Of a DNA stretch of 64,000 bases, positions 17,783-26,758 are shown in pieces. The notes under the pieces are model-generated. The model did no database searches and was not told the origin of the DNA. It saw only the letters and a list, made by a program, of their open reading frames with translations. Origin of the DNA: an uncultured Pelagibacteraceae bacterium (GTDB lineage Bacteria; Pseudomonadota; Alphaproteobacteria; Pelagibacterales; Pelagibacteraceae). Position 1 is the first letter of the stretch; every line of letters starts with the position of its first letter. The translations under genes and the position numbers were made by a program. The stretch is taken from contig CACOKN010000004.1 of NCBI GenBank assembly GCA_902627805.1, positions 5,399-69,398 on the forward strand, written 5' to 3'.

Positions 17783-18751
17783 ATATTAACAAAAAAAATT
17801 CTTAATTGGTATGATTTTAATAAGAGAAAATTGCCTTGGCGAAAAAAAATCTCACCCTCAAAAAAACAATATTATACGTTGTTAAGTGAATTTATGTTGC
17901 AACAAACTCAAGTTGCTACAGTCATTCCATATTTCAATAAATTTATAAAACAAATTCCAAATTTCCATAGTCTTGCAAAAGTTGAAAATAAAAAACTTTT
18001 AAAACTTTGGGAGGGACTTGGTTATTATTCTAGAGTAAGAAATTTAAAAAAAACCGGAAAAGTTGTAATCAAAAATTTTAATGGAAAACTTCCAGATAAT
18101 TTTGAGGAATTAATTACATTACCTGGTGTAGGAAATTACACTGCAAGTGCTATTTTAGCAATTGCATTCAACAAACCATACATCCCACTAGATGGAAATA
18201 TCGAAAGAGTTTTAAAAAGATATCTTTATTTGAAAAAACAAAGTGAAATACAAAAAGAAAATCTTATAAAAAAAAAAGATATTTTTGGTAAATCATTAAG
18301 ATCAAGTGATTATGCTCAAGCGCTCATGGAATTAGGAGCATTAATTTGTAAGCCAAATAATCCAGTTTGTTCTCAATGTCCTTTAGCTGAGAGTTGTAAA
18401 TCTTATAAAAAAAAAGATTTTAGTATTACGAAGAATAATAAAAAAAATAAAGATAAATATTTTATACTTCAGGTTTATAAAAAAAAACAAAGATATTTAT
18501 TAATAAAAAATACTAAATTTAATTTTTTGAAAAATTTAAAGATATTTCCAATGGAGGAAACGTTCAAACCAAAAAATTTCAATAAAAATATAAATTTCAA
18601 AATGTCTAATATGAATATGAACATTAAAATTCAATATTTAAAAAAATATGAAAAATTTAAGTCACCACATTGGATAGATAAAAAAAAATTAGACAACTAC
18701 ATGTTGCCTTCATTTACAAAAAAAATTGTAAAATTTTTAGAGAAAAATTAA
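17771..18751 (+). CDS. mutY: A/G-specific adenine DNA glycosylase
   Basis: HhH-GPD motif LPGVGNYTASAI and Fe-S loop CKPNNPVCSQCPLAESC. ATG 17771 gives the usual LNWYDFNKRKLPWR N-terminus; the track ORF starts at 17726. Confidence 0.85.
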   Translation: MKEQILTKKILNWYDFNKRKLPWRKKISPSKKQYYTLLSEFMLQQTQVATVIPYFNKFIKQIPNFHSLAKVENKKLLKLWEGLGYYSRVRNLKKTGKVVIKNFNGKLPDNFEELITLPGVGNYTASAILAIAFNKPYIPLDGNIERVLKRYLYLKKQSEIQKENLIKKKDIFGKSLRSSDYAQALMELGALICKPNNPVCSQCPLAESCKSYKKKDFSITKNNKKNKDKYFILQVYKKKQRYLLIKNTKFNFLKNLKIFPMEETFKPKNFNKNINFKMSNMNMNIKIQYLKKYEKFKSPHWIDKKKLDNYMLPSFTKKIVKFLEKN

Positions 18752-19893
18752 TGAAGAAAGTAGCTATTATTGGAGCTGGTATTTCAGGATTATTTATTGC
18801 TAATTTATTCAAGAAAAAATCAGATTATCAAGTGGTAATTTATGAGAAAAATAATTACATTAATCTTGAGGAAGGTTATGGAATTCAATTATCTGTCAAT
18901 AGCGTGAAGCTTTTAAATGAAATTGAATTTAATAAATTTGAAAATGCAAGAAAGTTTAATCCAAAAAAGATCATTTTTTTTTCATCAAAAAACTTCAAAA
19001 AGATATGTGATTTAAATATCTCTGATTTTAATTCAGAGAATTGTCAGTACACTACTTTAAAAAGATCTGAATTAATAAATTTTTTGAAAAAGGATATAGA
19101 AAATTTAATTAAATTTAATCATAATGTTTCGGGTATTGATAAAGAAAATCAGAAAATTCAACTTACTTTTAAAAACAATGAAACTTTTGAATGTGATTAT
19201 TTAATCATTTCAGATGGAGTTTTTTCAAAAAGTAAAAGCTTGATTTCTAATAATAAAAGTCCACCAAAATACAACAATACACTGGCGATTAGAGGAAAGA
19301 TAACAAATTCTTCCAAAATCGATAATGAAAATATTTCATTATTTTTAGGCTCTGATTTTCATCAGGTAATTTATCCAGTAACTCAAAATGGAGACTTAAA
19401 TTTTATAGCAATTATGAGGTATGAACTTACTTTAGAAGAACAAAAAAATTATTCTTTATTCAAAGAAAATTCTTTCATTAGAAAAGTTTTAGAAAAGGTT
19501 CCAAAAGAAAATAAAGAATTTTTCGATAAAATTAAGGAATTAAAAATATTTCCAGTATTTGTTAGCAAGGACTTTTTTAAAACAAATAATAATAACATTA
19601 ATTTTATAGGTGATGCTTTTTTTGCTTTTCCACCCTCATTTGCTCAAGGGGCATCTCAATCTATAGAGAGTGCTTATGAATTATATAAAAGTATAGAAAA
19701 TAATTCAGAAGGGGATTTCTTTAAAAATAGAGTTAGTAAAACTAAAATGGTTAATAAAAGATCTAAACTAAATCAATTTGCATTTCATTTATCTAATCCT
19801 GTGGCTATTTTTTTTAGAAATATTTTTTTGAAAAAATTTATTAAAAACAAAAAGTTTTTAGATTCTTATTTAGGTAAAATTTATAATAATTAA
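18751..19893 (+). CDS. FAD-dependent aromatic-ring monooxygenase (UbiH/salicylate hydroxylase family)
   Basis: 380 aa. VAIIGAGISGL dinucleotide fold and GDAFFAFPPSFAQGASQSIESA FAD motif. Confidence 0.65.
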   Translation: MKKVAIIGAGISGLFIANLFKKKSDYQVVIYEKNNYINLEEGYGIQLSVNSVKLLNEIEFNKFENARKFNPKKIIFFSSKNFKKICDLNISDFNSENCQYTTLKRSELINFLKKDIENLIKFNHNVSGIDKENQKIQLTFKNNETFECDYLIISDGVFSKSKSLISNNKSPPKYNNTLAIRGKITNSSKIDNENISLFLGSDFHQVIYPVTQNGDLNFIAIMRYELTLEEQKNYSLFKENSFIRKVLEKVPKENKEFFDKIKELKIFPVFVSKDFFKTNNNNINFIGDAFFAFPPSFAQGASQSIESAYELYKSIENNSEGDFFKNRVSKTKMVNKRSKLNQFAFHLSNPVAIFFRNIFLKKFIKNKKFLDSYLGKIYNN

Positions 19894-20960
19894 TTTTTTG
19901 AAATTAATCTTTGTCTTAAATTATCTATTGGCACTATTTGCCCATTAAGATTGTAATGCCAATAAGTCCAGCCATTACAACTTTCTGCTCCCAATATTGA
20001 TGCAGCTACCTTGTGAATTGAGCCCTCTTTTTTTGCATGTTTTATACTTCCATCAGCCATTATTTTTGCGCTAATTTTTCTTTTGTCATCAAATATAGTG
20101 GTCCCAGGTTTTATAATTCCTAATTCTACCAACGAGCCAAAAGGTATTCTTGGCTTAGACCGGTTATTTTGAAGAGTATCCAGAAAATCATCTTCAATAG
20201 GTTTTGTATTTTTTAGTCGCTGTTCAGCTGCCTTATAATAGGTTTTATCTTTCTCTATACCAAAATAAAACCTTCCTAATTTTTTAGCTACAGTTGCAGT
20301 TGTGCCAGATCCTAGGAAGGGATCTAAAATAAAATCATTTTTATTTGAAGTTGCTAATAAAATTCTGTGAAGTAAGGATTCAGGTTTCTGTGTTGAATGA
20401 ACTTTTTTGCCATTTTTTTTTAATCTTTCTGAACCATTGCAAATAGGTAATTCCCAGTTCGATCTCATTTGAAGATCATCATTTAAACATTTTAAAGATT
20501 GATAATTAAAAGTATATTTAGATTTTTCTGATTTTGATGCCCAAATCAACGTTTCATGTGCATTAGTAAAACGTGTCCCCCTAAAATTTGGCATAGGATT
20601 TTTTTTATTCCAGATAACATCATTTAAAATCCAAAAACCTAAATTTTGGATAGCGGTGCCAACTCTAAAAATATTATGGTAACTGCCAATTACCCAAATA
20701 GCTCCATTTTTTTTTAAAATTCTTTTACATTCCGTTAACCATGAGTAGGTAAATTCATCATACTTTTTAAAATTTTCAAATTGATCCCATTTATCATTGA
20801 CTGCATTTACCTTTGACCTATCAGGTCTTATAAGCTCATTTCTTAATTGTAAATTGTAAGGAGGGTCAGCAAAAACTAAATCAAAAGTCTCATTAGGGAT
20901 TTTTTTAAGTTCCCTTAAACTATCTCCATTTATTAATTTGTTTCTAAAGTCCAAATTCAT
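19890..20960 (-). CDS. ccrM: CcrM-type N6-adenine DNA methyltransferase (GANTC specificity inferred from the family)
   Basis: FADPPYN catalytic motif, DPFLGSGTT SAM motif and the CcrM-like C-terminal domain. ATG at 20960 gives MNLDFRNKLINGDSL..., typical of CcrM; the track ORF starts at TTG 21002. Confidence 0.85.
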   Translation of the reverse strand: MNLDFRNKLINGDSLRELKKIPNETFDLVFADPPYNLQLRNELIRPDRSKVNAVNDKWDQFENFKKYDEFTYSWLTECKRILKKNGAIWVIGSYHNIFRVGTAIQNLGFWILNDVIWNKKNPMPNFRGTRFTNAHETLIWASKSEKSKYTFNYQSLKCLNDDLQMRSNWELPICNGSERLKKNGKKVHSTQKPESLLHRILLATSNKNDFILDPFLGSGTTATVAKKLGRFYFGIEKDKTYYKAAEQRLKNTKPIEDDFLDTLQNNRSKPRIPFGSLVELGIIKPGTTIFDDKRKISAKIMADGSIKHAKKEGSIHKVAASILGAESCNGWTYWHYNLNGQIVPIDNLRQRLISKN

Positions 20961-20973
20961 TTTATAAAAATAA

Positions 20974-21002
20974 ATTAGACTCCAAAAAGATTCTTGGGTC
21001 AA
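20974..21002 (-). promoter_or_regulatory. candidate sigma70 promoter of ccrM with embedded GANTC sites
   Basis: The minus strand reads TTGACC-N17-TCTAAT, ending 13 nt before the ATG. GAATC lies in the spacer and GAGTC overlaps the -10 hexamer. Confidence 0.4.
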
Positions 21003-21079
21003 CCTAGGATTGAATTATTTGGATTCCATTTGTATAATGATGACTCACAACAACTACATCTGGTGTTTCTACGTGAAAC

Positions 21080-21640
21080 CTATTTTAATTTGCTGATCGG
21101 TGAAAAGGTTCTTCTATGGTGAGAAGTAATCCCAAATTTTTTTATAGCTTTAAAATGTTGTTTAGTTCCATATCCATAATTTTTACTCCAGTAATAATTT
21201 TTAAATTTCTTCCCTAACTTAGAGATCATTTTATCACGTGTAACTTTTGCTATGATTGATGCTGCAGAAATTGATGGTATTTTTTCATCACCTTTAATGA
21301 CTGATTGAAGTTTATAATTTTTTAAATTTGGTGTTATATTTCCATCGACTAAAATCAATTTTGGTTTTTTTTTTAGTTTTTTAATCGCTCTTTCCATAGC
21401 CAATAGGCTTGCATGAAGAATATTTATTTTTTCAATTTCTGAGACAGAAGCTTTACCTGTAGCCCAAATAGAGTTTTTTTTAATGTATTTAGCTAAAAAT
21501 TCTCGCTTATTTTTTCTCAAACTTTTTGAGTCTTTTAGTAACTTCTTATTGATGGACTTGTTCAATATTACGGCTGCTGCATAAACAGGTCCAATTAAGC
21601 TACCTCTGCCAACTTCATCAACTCCAGCAATAGTTTTCAT
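21080..21640 (-). CDS. rnhB: ribonuclease HII
   Basis: 186 aa. AGVDEVGRGSLIGPV and DSKSL motifs. Confidence 0.9.
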   Translation of the reverse strand: MKTIAGVDEVGRGSLIGPVYAAAVILNKSINKKLLKDSKSLRKNKREFLAKYIKKNSIWATGKASVSEIEKINILHASLLAMERAIKKLKKKPKLILVDGNITPNLKNYKLQSVIKGDEKIPSISAASIIAKVTRDKMISKLGKKFKNYYWSKNYGYGTKQHFKAIKKFGITSHHRRTFSPISKLK

Positions 21641-22356
21641 TAAAACCTAATATTAAAATCTTGAATTTTTTGTTTAATTTTTTTTAGATCTTCCCATGAA
21701 AATTTTTTATTTTCTGGAAATCTTATTAGATAGGAAGGGCTAAAAGAAATCATGATAGGAATAGTTTTATTCTTTAAAATTATTTCTTTCCACTTACCTC
21801 TTTCATTAGATATTTTGCTTAATCCTGTAATTGCTTCCATTGCTGTGCTGCCCATTAAAATTAAAATTTTTGGATCTATTATTGCAATGTGTTCTTTTAG
21901 AAATATTGCATAACGTTTTATTTCCTGCGCGGTGGGTTTTCTATCTTCTGGTGGTCTAAAATTAATTGAATAAGTAGTATAGATATTTTCTCTCTTTATA
22001 TTTATTGCTAGTAACATTTTATTCAAGAGATTGCCCACTTCTCCCTGAAAGCATAAACCTGTTTTATCCTCTATTTCACCTGGAGTTTCACCAATTAACA
22101 TCACATCAGCATTAATATTGCCCTCGCCCAGTATTAAACTCTTAGAATTATTTTTTAAATTACAATTTTCAATTGAATTGATCTTTGTTTTTAGATCATT
22201 CAGCAGTTCACTTTTATTTATTGAAGTTTCTTTATTTTCAGCTGAATCGACTTTAAATCTATTAATTGGTTTATCGCTAAAAATAAAATCAGTTTCAATT
22301 GTTTTCATGAATTCTTGAGTATATTTAGCATTTTGATTTAAAGTCTTTTTAATCAT
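21640..22356 (-). CDS. family-4 uracil-DNA glycosylase (SPO1 DNA-polymerase-related type)
   Basis: 238 aa. GEGNINADVMLIGETPGEIEDKTGLCFQGEVG and FRPPEDRKP motifs. Confidence 0.8.
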   Translation of the reverse strand: MIKKTLNQNAKYTQEFMKTIETDFIFSDKPINRFKVDSAENKETSINKSELLNDLKTKINSIENCNLKNNSKSLILGEGNINADVMLIGETPGEIEDKTGLCFQGEVGNLLNKMLLAINIKRENIYTTYSINFRPPEDRKPTAQEIKRYAIFLKEHIAIIDPKILILMGSTAMEAITGLSKISNERGKWKEIILKNKTIPIMISFSPSYLIRFPENKKFSWEDLKKIKQKIQDFNIRF

Positions 22357-22367
22357 ACAATATAGTA

Positions 22368-24044
22368 ATGGTTCTTAAAAATATAAAATTTATACTAATT
22401 TTAGTATTATTTTATCAGAACACTTTGTTTACGAAAAGTAATTCTTTTGAGAAGATTGATTCTAAAAATTTATCAAAATATTTTTCAGGTATAGTTGCTT
22501 TTGGGAATAAAAAAAATTCTGAAGCTTTAGATTTTTTTAATTCATCTAAAATTTTGATTAATTCCCATGATCCATTTTTAAAAAGATATGTATCTTCATT
22601 AGTATTGGAGAATAAAGTGTCACAAGCGATTCAAATTATTAGACAAAATTATGAAAATGAAAATATAGATTTTTTCGACTCATATTTATTATTAATAATT
22701 AATAGTTTAAAAAAAAATGAGTTAGATATTGCCTATGAATATATTTCTATTGCAAATAATTTTGCAGAACAGGATAGGTTTAATTTAGCAATTTTAGAAA
22801 GCTTAAAACAATATGTGTATCTCTTTAAAGAAAAAAAATTTTTAGACGATAAGAAAAACTTTGGAAGACTATCTTATATTTCAGAAACATTTCAAAAGTG
22901 TTATTTAGATGATCCTAATACAGGGAGATATTTCTCAAAATTGATAAATGATCCTGAGTCGGATCTTACTAGGTATATTTATTTTTATATAAGTTACCTA
23001 ATTGAAAACGGTAATTTAAACGAAGCAAAAGTAATTACTGATGAAATAGAATTTTTAAATTCAACATTGCTAATATCACAAGGTAAAAGTTGGATTGACA
23101 AGGGAAACTTGCAAAAATTTAAAGAGGTTTTTTCATGCAAAAATCATAATGATCTAATTGCTGAATTTTTATTTTTAATATCAAATTTGTATTCCGCACA
23201 AGACAATTACGAGATGTCAAATTTTTACTTAAATTTATCAAATTTTCTTAATCCAAGATTTGTATTTAATTTATCACTAGTTGCGGAAAATCATTATTTT
23301 AATAAAGATTATGAAAAGGCAAAAAAAGTTCTTAAAAAATTTAAAAAGGATGATGATTTTTATTATTGGTTTAGATTAAAAAAAGAAGCACAAATAATTT
23401 CAGCGCAAAGAAATAATCAAGAGTCTCTTAACTTTATTAAATTTAATTTTGATAAAATTGAAAATCCAAATGAAAAAATATTATTAGATGTCGCAAATTT
23501 TTATAAAAAAGCAAAAAATTACGATGAAGCAATAAGTTATTACACTAAAATTATTGAAAATTTGGATGATGCTTCGGATATCAAGTCGGATATTCTTTAT
23601 CGAAGAGGAGGCACATATGAACGAATTAAAAATTATGAAAAAGCCGATAAAGATTTAATTGATGCACTTCAAATTACACCTGACGATGCTTACATACTAA
23701 ATTACCTTGCTTATTCGTGGCTTGAGAGAGATTATAAAATTAATGAAGCGATTAAAATGCTTGAAACAGCCTACGAACTTGAGAGTGATGATCCATATAT
23801 AATAGACTCTATCGGTTGGGCTTACTATTTAATTGATGATTATCTAAAAGCTGAAAAATTTTTGAAAAGAGCCGTAGAATTGATGCCTGATGATCCAATA
23901 GTGAATGACCATTACGGTGATATTTTGTGGAAGCTCAATAGAAAAATCCAGGCTAGATATTTTTGGACCAATGTATTGAAAATGAAAGATACTGAAGAAG
24001 AATTAATTGAAAAAATTAATATTAAGATGATTGAAGGTCTTTAA
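22368..24044 (+). CDS. TPR-repeat protein, probably exported
   Basis: 558 aa. N-terminal hydrophobic leader and C-terminal TPR-like repeats (YRRGGTYERIKNYEKADKDL, DDPYIIDSIGWAYY). Lies upstream of ispE, as in other alphaproteobacteria. Confidence 0.6.
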   Translation: MVLKNIKFILILVLFYQNTLFTKSNSFEKIDSKNLSKYFSGIVAFGNKKNSEALDFFNSSKILINSHDPFLKRYVSSLVLENKVSQAIQIIRQNYENENIDFFDSYLLLIINSLKKNELDIAYEYISIANNFAEQDRFNLAILESLKQYVYLFKEKKFLDDKKNFGRLSYISETFQKCYLDDPNTGRYFSKLINDPESDLTRYIYFYISYLIENGNLNEAKVITDEIEFLNSTLLISQGKSWIDKGNLQKFKEVFSCKNHNDLIAEFLFLISNLYSAQDNYEMSNFYLNLSNFLNPRFVFNLSLVAENHYFNKDYEKAKKVLKKFKKDDDFYYWFRLKKEAQIISAQRNNQESLNFIKFNFDKIENPNEKILLDVANFYKKAKNYDEAISYYTKIIENLDDASDIKSDILYRRGGTYERIKNYEKADKDLIDALQITPDDAYILNYLAYSWLERDYKINEAIKMLETAYELESDDPYIIDSIGWAYYLIDDYLKAEKFLKRAVELMPDDPIVNDHYGDILWKLNRKIQARYFWTNVLKMKDTEEELIEKINIKMIEGL

Positions 24045-24053
24045 AATTCTTAA

Positions 24054-24899
24054 ATGTCTTTTTCTAAAATAAAATCACATGCGAAATTAAATTTGGCATT
24101 AAATGTTATTAGCAAAAGTAAATCTTTGCACAACATAGAAAGCATAATAAGATTCGTAGATTTGCATGATATTATTTTGATCAAAAAAATAAAATCAAAA
24201 AAACATTTAATTTCATTTAATGGAAAATTTTCTCGAAGGATAGGTAAGAAAAATACTGTTTCTAAATTATTCAAGATCTTAGAAAATAAAAAGATTTTGA
24301 AAAACCAAAGATTTCAAATCAAAATTAAAAAAACTATACCTGATAAAGCTGGTCTTGGAGGTGGCTCAATGAACGCAGCGAGTATACTAAGATATTTGGC
24401 TTATAAGAAAATAATAAATATTAAAAATAAGGAAATGTTAAAAGTTTCGAAATTAATCGGTTCAGATGTGATGTTAGGCTTAAATCATAAAAGTAAGATT
24501 TTAAATTCAAGAAATAAAATAAAGTATTTCAGTAATATAAAAAAAGTTTACCCATTGATAGTAAAACCAAATTTTGGTTGTTCGACTAAGGATATTTATT
24601 CAAAGGTTAGAAAGTTTGACAAAGCTAAATTTGGCAAGGGAACCAAAAAAATGTTTGATATTAATTTTTTAAAAGATATGAAAAATTCCCTAGAAACAAT
24701 AGCTTTTTCAAAATACCCAGGATTAAAAAATATAAAACTTTATTTAGAGAATTCTCTAAACCCAGTTTTTGTAAGAATGACAGGATCGGGATCAGCTTTA
24801 GTTGCATATTTTCAAACAAAAAAAAGATGTGAACGTGCGAAAAAAAAGTTTACTCAAAAATACAAAAATATCTGGTGTATAGCCTCAAAAACTATATAA
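24054..24899 (+). CDS. ispE: 4-diphosphocytidyl-2-C-methyl-D-erythritol kinase
   Basis: 281 aa. KLNLALNV and GHMP-kinase motif PDKAGLGGGSMNAA. Confidence 0.8.
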   Translation: MSFSKIKSHAKLNLALNVISKSKSLHNIESIIRFVDLHDIILIKKIKSKKHLISFNGKFSRRIGKKNTVSKLFKILENKKILKNQRFQIKIKKTIPDKAGLGGGSMNAASILRYLAYKKIINIKNKEMLKVSKLIGSDVMLGLNHKSKILNSRNKIKYFSNIKKVYPLIVKPNFGCSTKDIYSKVRKFDKAKFGKGTKKMFDINFLKDMKNSLETIAFSKYPGLKNIKLYLENSLNPVFVRMTGSGSALVAYFQTKKRCERAKKKFTQKYKNIWCIASKTI

Positions 24900-24932
24900 A
24901 TTTGATTTTTTTGTGTTATACGAACTTAATAT

Positions 24933-25006
24933 TGGGGCGTAGCCAAGCGGTAAGGCACGGGTTTTTGGTACCTGCATCCTAGGTTCGAATCCTAGCGCCC
25001 CAGCCA
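24933..25006 (+). tRNA. tRNA-Gln (anticodon UUG), encoded CCA
   Basis: Manual fold: acceptor TGGGGCG/CGCCCCA with U1-A72, D-arm GCC-AAGCGGTAA-GGC, anticodon loop TTTTGGT, T-arm CTAGG-TTCGAAT-CCTAG, then G-CCA. Confidence 0.9.
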
Positions 25007-25009
25007 AGT

Positions 25010-26284
25010 ATGAAAAATTTTTTAGATACAATTTTTTTTAGATCAAATAATTTAAATTATATAAGTCAAAGTATTCGAGATTTAACAAAAAATACTCCAG
25101 CAAAAAAAATATTTAGAGCCATAAATTCTTATTCATCAGATAGTGAAGTAAGATTTGTAGGAGGTTGCATTAGAAAAATCATTAATAAAGAAATAGTAAA
25201 TGATATTGATATGGCTACAAATCTTGATCCTCAAAAGGTTTGTGAAGTTTTGAAAGAAAATAAAATTGATTATTACGAAACTGGTATTGAACATGGAACA
25301 ATTACAGCACTTATAGAAGGGTATAAGTTTGAAATTACATCATTGAGAGAAGATATCTTTACAGATGGAAGACACGCAAAAGTGAAATTTTCAAAAAATT
25401 GGAAAGAGGATGCATTGAGAAGGGATTTTACCATTAATTCCATTTATGCAGATGAAGAAGGAAACTTATTCGATCCCTTTGAGGGTAAAAAGGACCTAGA
25501 AAATGGTTTTGTAAATTTTATAGGAGACGCTGATAAAAGAATTAAAGAAGATTATTTGAGAATTTTAAGATATTTAAGATTTTTTGCCCATTACTCAAAG
25601 CATCCGCATAATCCAGAATTAATCAGAAAACTTAAAATTAATATTGGTGGTATTTCGAAATTATCTAAAGAGAGATTGTTAGATGAGTTAAAAAAAATAA
25701 CTCAGTTAGAAATATTAGAAAAGCTAGCCGATGATAAATTGGGCTCAGAATTATTTTTAGTTGTTTTTCCTGAGTTAAATAATTTAAAAACTTTTTCAAA
25801 ATTAAATTCAAAAAAAAAAGAAATAATTAATAAAGCTGATTTTGTCTTTTTATTATCTTTAATGATTATTGATGAGACAGATAATGCAGATTATTTTATG
25901 TACAAATTTAATATTTCGAAAAAAGATCGAAAAAGAATTAAAATTATTGATAATTTTTTTAAGGAAAAAATTGGACCAAAAAATTTTAGAGAGGAAAATT
26001 TTAATGGTATTTTTTATTATAATGGAAAACAAGCAGTAACTGATATTCTAAATTATTACTTGATTAAATCAAAAAAAAATTCTGAAAATATTCAAAAATT
26101 AATTGATTTCTATAAAGATAAAACAATACCAAAAATGCCAGTAGGTGCAGAATTTTTAATGGAAAAATTCAATATTCCTGAGGGTAAACAGTTGGGTGCA
26201 AAACTAAAAATAATTGAGGAAGAATGGGTGAAAAATAATTTTCAAATTTCAGATAAACAAGTAAGTCAAATTGTTAACAATTAG
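25010..26284 (+). CDS. cca: tRNA nucleotidyltransferase (CCA-adding enzyme) / poly(A) polymerase family
   Basis: 424 aa. FVGGCIRKIINKEIVNDIDMAT nucleotidyltransferase motif and RRDFTINS. Confidence 0.8.
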   Translation: MKNFLDTIFFRSNNLNYISQSIRDLTKNTPAKKIFRAINSYSSDSEVRFVGGCIRKIINKEIVNDIDMATNLDPQKVCEVLKENKIDYYETGIEHGTITALIEGYKFEITSLREDIFTDGRHAKVKFSKNWKEDALRRDFTINSIYADEEGNLFDPFEGKKDLENGFVNFIGDADKRIKEDYLRILRYLRFFAHYSKHPHNPELIRKLKINIGGISKLSKERLLDELKKITQLEILEKLADDKLGSELFLVVFPELNNLKTFSKLNSKKKEIINKADFVFLLSLMIIDETDNADYFMYKFNISKKDRKRIKIIDNFFKEKIGPKNFREENFNGIFYYNGKQAVTDILNYYLIKSKKNSENIQKLIDFYKDKTIPKMPVGAEFLMEKFNIPEGKQLGAKLKIIEEEWVKNNFQISDKQVSQIVNN

Positions 26285-26757
26285 ATATATTTTACGTCCT
26301 TAATTTCAAAATTTTTGACCCCGGCAGGAGTTTTTATTTCAACTAAATCATTTTTATTTTTTCCTATTAAACCTTTACCTATAGGTGATTGAAAATAAAT
26401 TAATTTTTGTTTGAGATCAGCTTCATCTTTTCCTACAATCTTATAATCTATTTTTTCTCCAGTATCTAAATTTTCTAAAAACACAGTCGAGCCGAAGATA
26501 ACTTTACCATCATTATTTAATTTCGTAATATCAATAACATTTGCTCTAGCAATGATATCATTAATTTCGGTAATCCTACCTTCATTATGAGACTGCTCTT
26601 CTTTAGCAGCGTGATACTCTGCATTTTCTTTTAGATCACCATGTGACCTCGCTTCAGCAATCGCCGCTACAATCTCAGGTCTTTTTTTTTCTTTTAAAAA
26701 GATTAATTCATCTTTGAGTTTATTTAAGCCATTTAAAGTAATTGTTTCTTTATCCAT
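26281..26757 (-). CDS. greA: transcription elongation factor GreA
   Basis: 158 aa. HGDLKENAEYHAAKEEQ and C-terminal SPIGKGLIGK motifs. Confidence 0.9.
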   Translation of the reverse strand: MDKETITLNGLNKLKDELIFLKEKKRPEIVAAIAEARSHGDLKENAEYHAAKEEQSHNEGRITEINDIIARANVIDITKLNNDGKVIFGSTVFLENLDTGEKIDYKIVGKDEADLKQKLIYFQSPIGKGLIGKNKNDLVEIKTPAGVKNFEIKDVKYI

Positions 26758-26758
26758 G

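Noticed and set aside
21028-21046. A dif-like or -10-like TGTATAATGA sequence in the ccrM/rnhB spacer.
   Set aside because: Only a short partial resemblance to the XerCD dif core, with no flanking arm matches. The TATAAT is on the strand pointing away from any nearby gene start.
24050-24274. A 74-aa minus-strand ORF at the TPR/ispE junction.
   Set aside because: It overlaps the conserved N-terminus of ispE (KLNLALNV) on the opposite strand, and its product has no features of a real protein.
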